Shown here: one piece after another, positions 1 through 10,917 of the stretch
How the letters are laid out: every line of letters begins with the position of its first letter
How positions within the stretch are numbered: the first letter of the stretch is position 1
NCBI GenBank assembly: GCA_018065465.1
Contig: JAGHTC010000009.1
Span: 9,484 to 73,483 of the forward strand
Source: Candidatus Ruminococcus equi
GTDB lineage: Bacteria > Bacillota > Clostridia > Oscillospirales > Acutalibacteraceae
Reading direction: 5' to 3'
Length of the DNA: 64,000 nucleotides
Notes under the pieces: model-generated
Database searches by the model: none
What the model was told of the DNA's origin: nothing
Seen by the model: the letters and a program-made list of their open reading frames with translations, nothing else
Program-made: the position numbers and the translations under genes

Positions 1-546
1 ATTGACGAGAATACGCCACTCAACCCGACTACTTTATACGGAAAAAGTAAGGCTGTGGCAGAGGAAAAACTTATTCCTCTTGAAGACGAAAATTTTACTG
101 TTTCGATTGTTCGTCCGCCAAATGTTTACGGAAAAAACTGCAAAGGCGGATATATCACTAATTTTACGGCAATCACAAGAAAAGTTCCTGTTATACCTAT
201 GGCTTTTGAAGATGCAAAGCAAAGTATGCTTTACATAGACAACCTTTGTGAACTTTGTCGGTTGATTGTTGAAAGCAAAGCGGCCGGAGTCTTTACGCCA
301 CAGGACGATATAAGTGTTTCCGCTGTAAAACTGATGGATTCCATTGGCAAAGGAATAGGTAAAAAAGTTAAATTTTCAAAGTTTTTCGGAAAATGCGTTA
401 CACCTTTTTTGGGAATATCTGTTGTAAAAAAAGTTTACGGCGGTTTGGAATATTCGAAAGAAAGCTCATCTTGTTTTGAAAATAAATATATAGTTGTTCC
501 TTTTGATGAAGCAATAATTCTTACTGTAAAACCTGATGAAAAGTAA
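1..546 (+). CDS. NAD-dependent epimerase/dehydratase (extended SDR), 5'-truncated by window edge
   Basis: Frame 1 is open from base 1 (IDENTPLNPTTLYGKSKAVAEEK); YxxxK motif YGKSK and 'IVRPPNVYG' are typical of extended SDRs. The track's start at 55 is internal. Confidence 0.85.
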   Translation: MDENTPLNPTTLYGKSKAVAEEKLIPLEDENFTVSIVRPPNVYGKNCKGGYITNFTAITRKVPVIPMAFEDAKQSMLYIDNLCELCRLIVESKAAGVFTPQDDISVSAVKLMDSIGKGIGKKVKFSKFFGKCVTPFLGISVVKKVYGGLEYSKESSSCFENKYIVVPFDEAIILTVKPDEK

Positions 547-607
547 TAGCAGATGTTTTCCTATTGATTTTATATGAAAGAATAAAGAAGGATGTTTTGG
601 AGGATAT

Positions 608-1987
608 ATGATTTTCTCTGTTTTTGTATTTTTGGTTGAAGGTTTACTGGTAAACTTAATGTTTCAACCAAACGGCGATACAAATATGAATGCGGTAGCA
701 ATTGTATTTTTGCTCATCAACATTGTTGTAGTCAGTTTAGCAATAAACTTTTCTATGAACGACGATGATGCTAAAAAATACAAAGGTATCATTATGTCTT
801 CTTTTATTGTCAGGATACTTATTCTGTTTTGGGATGTCTATGCAAGAGGAATATACATTCTTCCTAACAGTGAAGGTGACGCTGAATATTATTATTCAAT
901 GGGTGTCAGCTATGCTTTCGGTCAACGTGCGGATAAGGTAGAACTGAAAGACTATCGTTATTATGTCGGGCAAATTTTCAAATTTATCGGAGACCAAAAA
1001 ATTACAGTACAGTTTTTGCATGTCTTTTTTGCAATATGTTCTATCATTCTCATTTACCGAATACTGACTATGTTTGAAGTTAGTGAAAATGTTAAGAAAA
1101 CAACTATGATATTTGCTGCATTTTTGCCGAACTCTATGATGATTACCACTTTCTTTTTGCAGGAATCGTTTATTGCTTTCTGCCTTGTTCTGTCGCTTTA
1201 TCTATACACAAAATGGTGGTTTGGAGCGAGTGCTGTTAATTTTATTTTTGCAATAATTTTTTCACTTATAGGTGGACTTTTCCATATGGGTGGTACAGTG
1301 GGCGCTATCGTATATGTGGTATTCTACTTCCTCATTAACAATAAGGAGAGAAAACTAATGATTACGCCTTACAGAATAGTACTTATTGTAATAGTGTTAT
1401 TTGTTTCGCTGTATCTTTTGTCAACTTACGGTGAAGATTTCCTTGGTAAAATCGGCGGAGATATGTCGGCTGAATCATTGACAAAGAATGCAACCGGCTA
1501 CAACACGGGTGGTAGTGAATATACGATAGGAATACAGGGACTTCCTGCTGTTTTGGACCTTATTGTCAATACACCTATTCGAATTGTCTATTTTATTTGT
1601 TCGCCTATGCCGTGGCGTTGGAGAAGTATCGGAGATATTTTTGCATTTTTCAGTAGTGCTCTTTTCTACATTTATACAGTTATTGTTGTTATCAAAACCT
1701 ATGCAAACAAGAATACAAGAACCGTATCGGGAAAAGGAAATATCCGAAGTTACATGTTCATTCTCGTTATGTTATGTCTTGTAGCATCATTTATGTTCGG
1801 CTGGGGTGTATCAAATTCCGGTTCGGCATTACGGCACAGAGAGAAATTCACTTACATATTTGTTCTTCTATACGGTATAGCAAGTGAAATAACTGTTAGA
1901 GCAGGGGCGACAAATAAGACAACAGAAGAAAACATCGATAATAATATCAACATTAAAAGTAAAGAATTATCTCGAAAAATGTATTGA
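608..1987 (+). CDS. wzy: Polytopic membrane protein, probable polysaccharide polymerase (Wzy-like)
   Basis: 459 aa, about 10 hydrophobic segments, large loop near aa 280-310, C-terminal 'NSGSALRHREK'; RBS GGAGGA; lies among glycosyltransferase genes. Confidence 0.6.
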   Translation: MIFSVFVFLVEGLLVNLMFQPNGDTNMNAVAIVFLLINIVVVSLAINFSMNDDDAKKYKGIIMSSFIVRILILFWDVYARGIYILPNSEGDAEYYYSMGVSYAFGQRADKVELKDYRYYVGQIFKFIGDQKITVQFLHVFFAICSIILIYRILTMFEVSENVKKTTMIFAAFLPNSMMITTFFLQESFIAFCLVLSLYLYTKWWFGASAVNFIFAIIFSLIGGLFHMGGTVGAIVYVVFYFLINNKERKLMITPYRIVLIVIVLFVSLYLLSTYGEDFLGKIGGDMSAESLTKNATGYNTGGSEYTIGIQGLPAVLDLIVNTPIRIVYFICSPMPWRWRSIGDIFAFFSSALFYIYTVIVVIKTYANKNTRTVSGKGNIRSYMFILVMLCLVASFMFGWGVSNSGSALRHREKFTYIFVLLYGIASEITVRAGATNKTTEENIDNNINIKSKELSRKMY

Positions 1988-2024
1988 TATAATTTTAATT
2001 TGTTAAGTATAGTCAGGAGTAATT

Positions 2025-2753
2025 ATGATACCGAAAAAAATTCATTACTGTTGGTTCGGAAGAAATGAAAAATCCGGACTCATAAGAGATTGTATGGAAA
2101 GTTGGAAAAAGTATCTTCCCGATTATGAAATAATCGAATGGAACGAAGATAACTTTGATGTAAACATTTCGCTTTATACCAAACAGGCATATGAAGCAAA
2201 AAAATGGGCGTTTGTTTCCGATTATGCAAGACTTTATGCTTTGTATACTCAAGGCGGAATATATCTTGATACCGATGTTGAGGTATTAAAGCCCTTGGAT
2301 GAATTTTTGAATGATAATTCGTTTACGGGGTTTGAATCAAAAGACTCTCCCGTTACCGCCGTTATGGGTGCTAAAAAGGGAGATGCTTTGATAAAGAAAC
2401 TGCTTGATTACTATGAAACCGCAACCTTTATCAAAGAAGACGGAAGTTATGATATTACTACAAATACACATATTATTTCGGACGATTTTATTGCGAACGG
2501 TATACTTCTCAACGGAAAGAAGCAAACGATTGACGGGATGACAATTTATCCGCAAATCTATTTTTGTCCTAACAACTTTTCCAGAATATTTAACAAGCCA
2601 TCAAAGAAAAGCTATGCCATTCATCATTTTGACCAAAGTTGGAAGAGTGAGAAAAAAGAAGAAACAACACTCAAGGACCGTTTCAGAAGGTATATTGTCG
2701 GAGTGCTTCGAAATACTGTCGGCACAAAGAAACTTGAGAGTTTTAAGAAATAG
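2025..2753 (+). CDS. Glycosyltransferase, GT32/DXD (OCH1-like)
   Basis: 'MIPKKIHYCWFG', 'AFVSDYARLYALYTQGGIYLDTDVEV'. Confidence 0.92.
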   Translation: MIPKKIHYCWFGRNEKSGLIRDCMESWKKYLPDYEIIEWNEDNFDVNISLYTKQAYEAKKWAFVSDYARLYALYTQGGIYLDTDVEVLKPLDEFLNDNSFTGFESKDSPVTAVMGAKKGDALIKKLLDYYETATFIKEDGSYDITTNTHIISDDFIANGILLNGKKQTIDGMTIYPQIYFCPNNFSRIFNKPSKKSYAIHHFDQSWKSEKKEETTLKDRFRRYIVGVLRNTVGTKKLESFKK

Positions 2754-2800
2754 TTTTACGCACTAATAAAGAGTATTGCTTTATAACAACGGAGACAGAT

Positions 2801-3808
2801 ATGGAAGATAAAAAAATATCAATCATAGTACCGATTTACAACGTAGAAAATTATCTCAGAAAATGTATTGACAGTATTTTGTCACAGACATATAAAAATC
2901 TTGAAATCATATTAGTAGATGATGGTGCTGCGGATAACTGCCCCGCTATTTGTGACGAGTATGCAAAAAAAGACGACAGAATAGTTGTCGTTCATAAAGA
3001 AAACGGCGGTTTGTCTGACGCACGAAATGCCGGTATTGATGTATCAACAGGCGACTATATAGGCTTTGTTGACAGTGATGACTATATAGCCGTTGATATG
3101 TTTGAAATGCTGATAAATGCAGTTGAGAAATACGATGCAGATGTTTCGTGCTGTAGATATATACGCTTTTGGGAAGACGGCGAAACACAGGAAATCGGAA
3201 ACGATGGCAGTGAAGTCGTTTATGACGGAGTGGAAGCACTCAAAGAATATCTGTACGGAGTAACTTTAGATCCCTTTGCGTGGAATAAATTATACAAAGC
3301 ATCCTTTATCGGAAACAAAACTCACAGCGAAAATCATTTAAGATTTATCAAAGGGATTCTGGGTGAAGACAATCCTTTCTGTATTGAACTGTTTAAACAC
3401 ACCGAAAAGACGGTTGTTGTAGGTAAATCAAAATATTATTATCTGCAAAAGCGAACAGGTGCAATTACCAATTCGGGAGTTTCTCAAAAGAAAATTGACT
3501 CTGTATATTTTTGGGACGAGGTGCGACTTGATTGCAAAGAAAATTATCCCGAACTTGAGAAATATGCACTGCGTCGAGAAGTCCTCTTTTATGTTGGTCT
3601 GTATAATATGATTATCGGACAGAAAGAGTATGAGAAAGACGCACAAAAAATAAGAAGTTTTATAAAGGAGCATTTAGGAGAAATAAAGTCAAGTGATATA
3701 TGCGAAAAGACAGTAAAAACTTCTGCAACATTGCTTGCAAAAACGCCGCATTTATATAAAGTTGCTATGAAACTGTATAAAAAAGTAATCGGAGAAGCAA
3801 GGCTATGA
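2801..3808 (+). CDS. Glycosyltransferase family 2
   Basis: 'ISIIVPIYNVENYLRKCIDSIL..QTYKNLEIILVDDG', 'NGGLSDARNAG', 'FVDSDD'. Confidence 0.95.
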   Translation: MEDKKISIIVPIYNVENYLRKCIDSILSQTYKNLEIILVDDGAADNCPAICDEYAKKDDRIVVVHKENGGLSDARNAGIDVSTGDYIGFVDSDDYIAVDMFEMLINAVEKYDADVSCCRYIRFWEDGETQEIGNDGSEVVYDGVEALKEYLYGVTLDPFAWNKLYKASFIGNKTHSENHLRFIKGILGEDNPFCIELFKHTEKTVVVGKSKYYYLQKRTGAITNSGVSQKKIDSVYFWDEVRLDCKENYPELEKYALRREVLFYVGLYNMIIGQKEYEKDAQKIRSFIKEHLGEIKSSDICEKTVKTSATLLAKTPHLYKVAMKLYKKVIGEARL

Positions 3809-5106
3809 ATATTTTAGTTATCACACCTTTTTACAAACACGATAAAAACATTGCATCCGTACGCTGGACGAATATCTCAAAGCGTCTTGCAAAATCGCAT
3901 AATGTTATCGTTGTTACTCAGCCTTTTGACGATATGGATATGAAATTTGAGAAATACAAAGATGAAGACAATATCCTTGTCGCAAGAATAAACCAAAAAA
4001 CAGATTACGAGAAATTTGCCATTAATCACTTTTCGGCAGCAACAGGAGATGCTTGGCAAAATGTTGGGGAAGATGGCGGAAAAACATTTAGAGAAGATAA
4101 TGTGGATAGTGATAATGTCAAGAGAAAACTGAAAAATAAAATTTTATATTCATCTATGGAGAAAAAGGCAAAGGAATACGCTTCTTTTATCTGCAAGAAT
4201 GTTATTCCGAAAGATATGCAAATTGATGTCGTTATTTCTTCTGCTTGTCCCATTATTGAGATGATGTTCGGTTATGAGTTGAAGAAAAAACTCTCCTGCA
4301 AATGGATATGCGATTTTCGTGATTTGCCGTTTATCGAAGACAACTGTGACAGTACACACAGAATGAGAAATTATATGCAAAAACAATTATCAAAGGCAGA
4401 TGCGATTACTGTAGTAGTGCAAAAAATGAAAGAAGATTTATTAAAATCATTGACACTTGATGAGCATAAGATAAGCATTTTAACAAATGGCTTTTCTATG
4501 GATGAATACAGAAAAACTTCCACCATACAAGATGACGTTTTGCATATTATACATACTGGGGCGTTGTACGGAGGAGAAAGAAAAGCAGACTTGCTTTTTA
4601 TGGCTATAACAGAAGTGTTGAAAACACATCCCGATTATAAATTTTCCCTTGACTGCGCAGGAGGAAACAACGAAACACTTATTCAAACAGCCGAAAAATA
4701 CGGGTTGAAAGATGTTGTAAATGACAAAGGTTTTCTTCCCCGAGAAGAAGCACTTGATTTACAGAGTTCTGCAGATTGTTTACTTGTATTGGTGCATGAT
4801 ATGTTTGCAGCTAAACTCTTTGAATATATTTTATTCAAAAAACCAATTATCAGCATTACCTGCGGTAATAGAAAAAGAAGCGAAGCAACAAAATTTGTCG
4901 AGGAGCTCAATTTGGGTATTGCCACAGAAGAAGTGACTCAAAAAGAAGATGTAACGCGCCTTGCGGATTTTCTTGCTATACAATATGAAAGAAAAATTAC
5001 CGGCAAACCGCTTTTATATGAACCTAATGAAGAAAAGGTTGCTCAATATGACCATGACTGTATAACACAAAAACTTGAGCAAATGTGTCTTGATATACAA
5101 AAATGA
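3805..5106 (+). CDS. GT-B fold glycosyltransferase (GT4-like)
   Basis: 'WICDFRDLP', 'ILTNGF', 'IIHTGALYG', 'AKLFEYI..KKPII'; 4-bp overlap with the upstream stop. Confidence 0.75.
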   Translation: MNILVITPFYKHDKNIASVRWTNISKRLAKSHNVIVVTQPFDDMDMKFEKYKDEDNILVARINQKTDYEKFAINHFSAATGDAWQNVGEDGGKTFREDNVDSDNVKRKLKNKILYSSMEKKAKEYASFICKNVIPKDMQIDVVISSACPIIEMMFGYELKKKLSCKWICDFRDLPFIEDNCDSTHRMRNYMQKQLSKADAITVVVQKMKEDLLKSLTLDEHKISILTNGFSMDEYRKTSTIQDDVLHIIHTGALYGGERKADLLFMAITEVLKTHPDYKFSLDCAGGNNETLIQTAEKYGLKDVVNDKGFLPREEALDLQSSADCLLVLVHDMFAAKLFEYILFKKPIISITCGNRKRSEATKFVEELNLGIATEEVTQKEDVTRLADFLAIQYERKITGKPLLYEPNEEKVAQYDHDCITQKLEQMCLDIQK

Positions 5107-5128
5107 TATAGCATTCTGCGGAGGAAGT

Positions 5129-6220
5129 ATGAAAAAAATAATGGTAGTATTCGGTACAAGACCGGAAGCAATAAAAATGTGTCCGCTTGTAAACGAACTT
5201 AAAAGCAGAAAAGAAGTCAGCACAATAGTATGTGTAACAGGTCAGCACAGACAGATGCTCGACCAGGTTTTGGAGGCGTTCTCCGTTACTCCCGACTATG
5301 ACCTTTCGGTTATGAAGGACAAGCAGACACTTTTCGATATTACAACAAATATCTTGCAAAAAATCAAAGAAGTGCTTGAACAGGAAAAGCCCGATGTTGT
5401 TCTTGTTCACGGTGATACTTCTACTACTTTTGTTACCGCACTTGCTTGTTTTTATATGCAAATTCCCGTGGGACATGTCGAAGCGGGACTTCGCACTTAC
5501 AATATTTATTCACCTTACCCCGAAGAATTTAACCGTGAAGCGGTAAGTATTATCAGCAAATATAACTTTGCGCCCACCGAACTTTCAAAGCAGAATTTGC
5601 TCAAAGAGGGAAAAAATCCCGACGGTATTTATGTTACGGGAAACACCGTAATAGATGCGTTGAAAACCACAGTAAGAGACGACTACTATCATGAACAACT
5701 CGAATGGGCAAAAGACAGCAGGCTGATACTTATTACCGCCCACAGGAGAGAAAATCTCGGCGAGCCGATGAAAAATATGTTTAGGGCTATCAAGCGCGTT
5801 TTGGATGAACACGATGATGTTAAGGCTATCTATCCGATACATATGAACCCGCTTGTACGAGAAACCGCAAACGAGATTTTCGGCGACGATGACAGAATTC
5901 GTTTGATTGAACCGCTTGATGTTCTTGATTTCCATAATTTTATGAGCAGAAGTTACCTTATCCTTACAGATTCGGGCGGTATTCAGGAAGAGGCTCCGTC
6001 AATGGGCAAGCCTGTTTTGGTAATGCGCGATACAACAGAGCGTCCCGAGGGAATAGAAGCGGGAACACTAAAACTTGTCGGAACAAACGAAGAAACGATA
6101 TACAACGAGTTTTCAAAGTTGCTTAGTGATAAGACCGAATACGACAAAATGAGCAAAGCGTCAAACCCCTACGGTGACGGATTTGCCTGCAAAAGAATTG
6201 CAGATGTGCTTGTAAAATAA
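5129..6220 (+). CDS. wecB: UDP-N-acetylglucosamine 2-epimerase (non-hydrolysing)
   Basis: 'VFGTRPEAIKMCP', 'VLVHGDT', 'GHVEAGLRT', 'TDSGGIQEEAPS', 'NPYGDG'. Start moved to ATG 5129 after GGAGGA. Confidence 0.97.
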   Translation: MKKIMVVFGTRPEAIKMCPLVNELKSRKEVSTIVCVTGQHRQMLDQVLEAFSVTPDYDLSVMKDKQTLFDITTNILQKIKEVLEQEKPDVVLVHGDTSTTFVTALACFYMQIPVGHVEAGLRTYNIYSPYPEEFNREAVSIISKYNFAPTELSKQNLLKEGKNPDGIYVTGNTVIDALKTTVRDDYYHEQLEWAKDSRLILITAHRRENLGEPMKNMFRAIKRVLDEHDDVKAIYPIHMNPLVRETANEIFGDDDRIRLIEPLDVLDFHNFMSRSYLILTDSGGIQEEAPSMGKPVLVMRDTTERPEGIEAGTLKLVGTNEETIYNEFSKLLSDKTEYDKMSKASNPYGDGFACKRIADVLVK

Positions 6221-6242
6221 TTGCTTTTTAGGTTGTGATTTT

Positions 6243-7412
6243 TTGAAAATTTATGTTTTTCCACCATGGTATCCCAAAAATGAATTAGACAGAGAATCTT
6301 CATATTTTAAGGAACAGGTTGAAGCATTGTCAGAACGAGGTCACGAAGTTACCGTTATCAATATTAAAGCAATTTCTGTTTCCAGAATAGGCAAACAAAA
6401 AATGATAACAAAAAATGTGTGGCAAGATGGTAATGTTAAAACAATCAATTACGAGGTTATCATTCCTATAGTCGGAAAATTAAATAAATTGCAGGACAAA
6501 TATATATCCGATATTTACTATAAAATAATTAAAAATCAGATTGATGATGATATTGCTAATGGATTAAAAGCTCCCGATATAATGCACGCTCATTTTTCTC
6601 ATTGTTGTGCTTATTATTGTTTGAAAGCAAAAGAAAAGCTGAATATTCCGTTGGTTGTGACAGAGCATTATTCGGGGCTTTTGCTGGGGACTGCAACAGA
6701 TAATGACTACAAGCGAGTCAAAAAAACAATTGAGCAAAGTGATGCATTTATTTTTGTAGGAACTAACTTACAAAAAAAAGTATGTGATAAACTTGATGTA
6801 AAGAAGAATACATACTTTATTCCCAATCTTGTAGATACGGGAAATTTTTACATAAATGAGAACAAACAGAATGAAGATGAATTCCACTTTTTATCTGCAT
6901 GCGGATTAAAAAAGAATAAAAGTATTGATTTGGTAATAAGAGCATTTCACAATACTTTTTCGAAAGAGGAAAAAGTTAATCTTTTGATTGCCGGCGACGG
7001 AGTGGAGAGAGAGAAGCTCGAAAATCTTGTCAAAGAATTTGATGAAACCGATAGAATAAAATTTTTCGGAAGATATTCCAAAGAACAAAGTAAAGAGATT
7101 TTTGCAGATGCGGATGCTTTTGTCCTGACAAGTGAGGTTGAAACATTCGGTATTGTATATATTGAAGCGTTGTCAAGCGGCGTACCCTGTATTGCAACAA
7201 AAGGCCAGGGTGCAGAAGACATTATCGACGACTCAAACGGCATTAAGGTGGAATACGGAAACCTTGATGAGTTATCAAATGCAATGCGATATATCTACGA
7301 AAACCACGATAAATTTGACAAGAAAAAATTGCGTGAAGATTGTATAAATCGTTTTTCAAAAGATACAATCTGCAAGCAAATTGAAGAAGTTTATCAAAAA
7401 GTTTTGAATTGA
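6243..7412 (+). CDS. Glycosyltransferase family 4
   Basis: TTG start; 'MHAHF', 'VVTEH', 'ETFGIVYIEALSSGVPCIAT' (EX7E). Confidence 0.92.
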   Translation: MKIYVFPPWYPKNELDRESSYFKEQVEALSERGHEVTVINIKAISVSRIGKQKMITKNVWQDGNVKTINYEVIIPIVGKLNKLQDKYISDIYYKIIKNQIDDDIANGLKAPDIMHAHFSHCCAYYCLKAKEKLNIPLVVTEHYSGLLLGTATDNDYKRVKKTIEQSDAFIFVGTNLQKKVCDKLDVKKNTYFIPNLVDTGNFYINENKQNEDEFHFLSACGLKKNKSIDLVIRAFHNTFSKEEKVNLLIAGDGVEREKLENLVKEFDETDRIKFFGRYSKEQSKEIFADADAFVLTSEVETFGIVYIEALSSGVPCIATKGQGAEDIIDDSNGIKVEYGNLDELSNAMRYIYENHDKFDKKKLREDCINRFSKDTICKQIEEVYQKVLN

Positions 7413-7424
7413 GGAGAGCAAATT

Positions 7425-8471
7425 ATGAAGATTATTTCCACCAGTGGATATGGTGCAAGCGGTTCTTCTGCTGTGTATGATTTTGTTCGACAATTTAATG
7501 AAGTAAATTGCTTTAGCGGAAGCGAAGAATTCCAATTTATTCGTATGCCTGACGGTATAATGGACTTAAAGCATTTTTTGACCGACGGAAGCGGAATGAT
7601 AGCGTGTAATAATGCTATTATTCGATTTGAAAAAGCAATGAAAAAAGGCTTTTTTGCAGAAAACTGCAGGGGTGTATTAGGGAAAAAGTACGACGATATA
7701 ATTGACAACTATCTAAGCAAAATTATACAAGTGAAATGGAAAGGAAAAAGCATTTTCGATCCCTCCGATATTACGATAAGAAAAGAAAATGTTTTTTTCA
7801 GAAAAATTGATAATAAGATAGAGTCAGCATTAAGAAAAACAGTAAATAAAGAAGCCCATTTTCCTGCAATAAAGGAAAGATATTTTTCGATGATGTCGGA
7901 AAATGAATTTAATAAAATAACAAAAGAATTTGTTGAAGAATTTATATACGCTTTTCCCGGTATAAAAAGCGAAAAGCCCTTACTGATAGACCAAATTTTT
8001 CCTGCTACCGATTCGCAGAAGGGTACAGAATTTTTTGATGAAACGAAAGTAATAATTGTTAACAGAGACCCTCGATGCATGTATGTAGGTGCACACAGAA
8101 GTATTACCGAAAACGCATTTATGCCTTGTGATAATGTAGAGAACTTTGTAAAATATTATCGTGCCTTATGTGAAAATGAAGTAAGGTCCGACAAGGCCTT
8201 GTATGTAAACTATGATGAACTGATTTTTGATTATTATAATACGACACAAAAAATCATAGACTATTTGGGTTTTGATAAACGCCCCGAAAATGAGTTTAAG
8301 CATTTTAATCCGAATGTTTCTGTTACATATACATTGCCTATGCTTACATGTTATGACAAAAAAGATGTGGAGTATATTGAAAAGGAACTGGGCGATTATT
8401 TGTATGATTTTCCGGAGTATAAAAAAATCGAAAAAGCGGATGAATTATACGAAGAGCATGGGATTCAATAA
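7425..8471 (+). CDS. Sulfotransferase-fold protein
   Basis: N-terminal loop 'SGYGASGSSAVYD', 'IIVNRDPR', 'YVNYDELI', 'KIIDYLG' match the sulfotransferase pattern (5'-PSB-like loop, RDPR, YEDL, FLG). Confidence 0.6.
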   Translation: MKIISTSGYGASGSSAVYDFVRQFNEVNCFSGSEEFQFIRMPDGIMDLKHFLTDGSGMIACNNAIIRFEKAMKKGFFAENCRGVLGKKYDDIIDNYLSKIIQVKWKGKSIFDPSDITIRKENVFFRKIDNKIESALRKTVNKEAHFPAIKERYFSMMSENEFNKITKEFVEEFIYAFPGIKSEKPLLIDQIFPATDSQKGTEFFDETKVIIVNRDPRCMYVGAHRSITENAFMPCDNVENFVKYYRALCENEVRSDKALYVNYDELIFDYYNTTQKIIDYLGFDKRPENEFKHFNPNVSVTYTLPMLTCYDKKDVEYIEKELGDYLYDFPEYKKIEKADELYEEHGIQ

Positions 8472-8496
8472 ATGATATGATTTTTAGGAGAAAGCG

Positions 8497-10017
8497 ATGA
8501 AACAAAGAAATGAAATAAAAAGCGGAGTAATACTGTCGTATGTATATCTGTCTATCGCGATGATAGCAGGCTTGCTCTATACTCCGCAGATGCTGAGAAT
8601 GATGGGGCAAAGCGAATACGGCTTGTATTCAATAGCAAATTCTGTTATCAGTTACCTGTCGTTTTTGGGACTCGGTCTGGAAAGTGCGTTGATAAAATAT
8701 ACGGCAAAATATATTGCGCTCGAAGACAAAGAATCCGAAAGAAAATTAGGCGGCGGATTCATAAAAGTATATCTTATCATTGCTGCGGTAACTTTGGTTT
8801 GCGGTTTTGTTCTTGCAAATAACCTCGGCTTTTTGTCACAAAATCTTACAGCAACAGAAGCATCTCGTTTGAGAATTATTGTAATGATTATGACTGTAAA
8901 CCTTGCCGTCAGTTTTCCAATGGGTGTTTTCGGTGCGGTAATTACGGCGCATGAAAGATTTACTTTCAGAAAAACAGTTGATATAATCCGTGAGATTACT
9001 CTTCCGATTACCATATTGGTTTTCTTATCAATGGGTTACAGAGCAATCGGTTTGGTTGTTATACATACGGTATTTAACTTTATCGTATTGATATCTAATT
9101 TCATTTATGCCAGAAAAGTATTAGGATATAAACCCATATTTGCAAAATTTGATATACCACTCATTAAAGAAATAACGGGATATACTGTGTTCATTTTTAT
9201 CGGAACAGTTGTTGACAGAATAAGTGATGCAACAAACAGTATGGTTATTGCTGCGGTGTCCGGCGCTGCCGCTGTTGCGGTATTCGGAGTCAGTATACAA
9301 ATATATGGGTATTATCTGAATTTTTCATCTTCAATCTCTACTTTCTTTTTCCCGAGAGTTGTCGGAATGACATATAAAAATGCAAGCGATGAAGAAGTTA
9401 CCGATTTGTTTATCAAAGTCGGCAGAGTGCAACTCTATGTTATTGCGTTAATTTGTAGTGGATTTATTGTTATCGGCAGAGATTTTATTAATCTTTGGGC
9501 AGGACCCGAGTATAGTATGGCGTACTATATTATTGTAGTTTTGATGGTACCTACGCTGATTAACAGAAGTCAGTCACTCGGTGTACAGATTTTGCAAGCG
9601 AGGAACAAGCATAAATTCAGGGCAATTTTATTCTTGTTTATTACTTTGTTGGATATAGGAATAAGTATTCCGCTTGCTATGATGTGGGATGGTTTAGGTG
9701 CTGCTATCGGTACATTTATCGCTACACTTATCGGCCCGATAATTATTATGAATATTTATTATTCAAAGAAAATGCATTTGGATATGAAAAGATATTGGAA
9801 AAGAACAATTCCGATACTCTTGCTTGTAGCGGTTCTTGTTGCACTGGGACTTTTAATGAACTATTTCTGGAAAGCAGACAACTGGATTGTATTGCTTGCA
9901 CAGGGACTAATTTATCTGGTTGTTTACGCTTTTGTAATGTATTTTATTGCATTTAATGATTATGAAAAGGGCTTAATTACGGGATTTATTTCCAAATTCA
10001 AAAGGAAAAAGGCGTAA
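8497..10017 (+). CDS. wzx: Oligosaccharide flippase (Wzx/MOP family)
   Basis: 506 aa, 12-14 hydrophobic segments, 'LGQSEYGLYS'-like N-terminus 'MGQSEYGLYSIANS'. Confidence 0.88.
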   Translation: MKQRNEIKSGVILSYVYLSIAMIAGLLYTPQMLRMMGQSEYGLYSIANSVISYLSFLGLGLESALIKYTAKYIALEDKESERKLGGGFIKVYLIIAAVTLVCGFVLANNLGFLSQNLTATEASRLRIIVMIMTVNLAVSFPMGVFGAVITAHERFTFRKTVDIIREITLPITILVFLSMGYRAIGLVVIHTVFNFIVLISNFIYARKVLGYKPIFAKFDIPLIKEITGYTVFIFIGTVVDRISDATNSMVIAAVSGAAAVAVFGVSIQIYGYYLNFSSSISTFFFPRVVGMTYKNASDEEVTDLFIKVGRVQLYVIALICSGFIVIGRDFINLWAGPEYSMAYYIIVVLMVPTLINRSQSLGVQILQARNKHKFRAILFLFITLLDIGISIPLAMMWDGLGAAIGTFIATLIGPIIIMNIYYSKKMHLDMKRYWKRTIPILLLVAVLVALGLLMNYFWKADNWIVLLAQGLIYLVVYAFVMYFIAFNDYEKGLITGFISKFKRKKA

Positions 10018-10044
10018 AATATTATTGATAAGGGGAAGAAAAAT

Positions 10045-10914
10045 ATGAAAGGCATCATTCTTGCCGGTGGAAAAGGCACAAGACTTTATCCTATGACAAA
10101 GGTTGTATCAAAACAACTTTTACCTGTATATGATAAGCCGATGATATATTATCCGCTTTCTATGCTTATGCTTGCGGGCATCAGAGAAATTCTTATTATT
10201 TCCACACCTGAGGACACTCCTCTTTATGAACAACTGCTTAGTGATGGAAGTAAACTTGGGATTTCGATTACATATAAAATTCAAGATACTCCTCGGGGAC
10301 TTGCCGACGCTTTTGTACTTGGTAAAGATTTTATCAGTGACGACAGTGTTTGTCTTATTTTAGGTGACAATATTTTTTACGGACAAGATATGACAAATAT
10401 TCTCTGTCAGGCAAAAGAAAATTTAGACGGAGCAACGGTTTTCGGTTATCCGGTAAAAGACCCGACTGAATTTGGTGTAGTTGAATTTGATGAAAACAAT
10501 AAGGTCATTTCCATAGAAGAAAAGCCAAAAAACCCGAAGTCAAATTATGCAGTTCCCGGACTGTATTTTTATGATAACAGCGTTGTAGATATTGCAAAAA
10601 ATGTTAAGCCTTCCGCAAGAGGCGAAATCGAAATCACCGCGGTAAATGAAGCATATCTTAATATGGGAAAGCTCAATGTAGTTTTACTCGGCAGAGGTGT
10701 TGCGTGGCTCGATACGGGAACACCGACAGGACTTCTAAATGCTGCACAATATGTTGAAGCGGTGCAGTCAAGGCAAGGCTTTTATATGTCATGTATCGAA
10801 GAAATTGCATGGAGAAAAGGCTTTATTTCAAAAGAAGATTTACGAAAACTCGGCAAAGAATTAAAAATGACCGATTACGGAAAATATATTATTTCTCTTG
10901 CAAAGGAGGATTAA
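10045..10914 (+). CDS. rmlA: Glucose-1-phosphate thymidylyltransferase
   Basis: '[34 protein letters not shown]', '[10 protein letters not shown]', 'WLDTGT'. Confidence 0.97.
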   Translation: MKGIILAGGKGTRLYPMTKVVSKQLLPVYDKPMIYYPLSMLMLAGIREILIISTPEDTPLYEQLLSDGSKLGISITYKIQDTPRGLADAFVLGKDFISDDSVCLILGDNIFYGQDMTNILCQAKENLDGATVFGYPVKDPTEFGVVEFDENNKVISIEEKPKNPKSNYAVPGLYFYDNSVVDIAKNVKPSARGEIEITAVNEAYLNMGKLNVVLLGRGVAWLDTGTPTGLLNAAQYVEAVQSRQGFYMSCIEEIAWRKGFISKEDLRKLGKELKMTDYGKYIISLAKED

Positions 10915-10917
10915 CAA

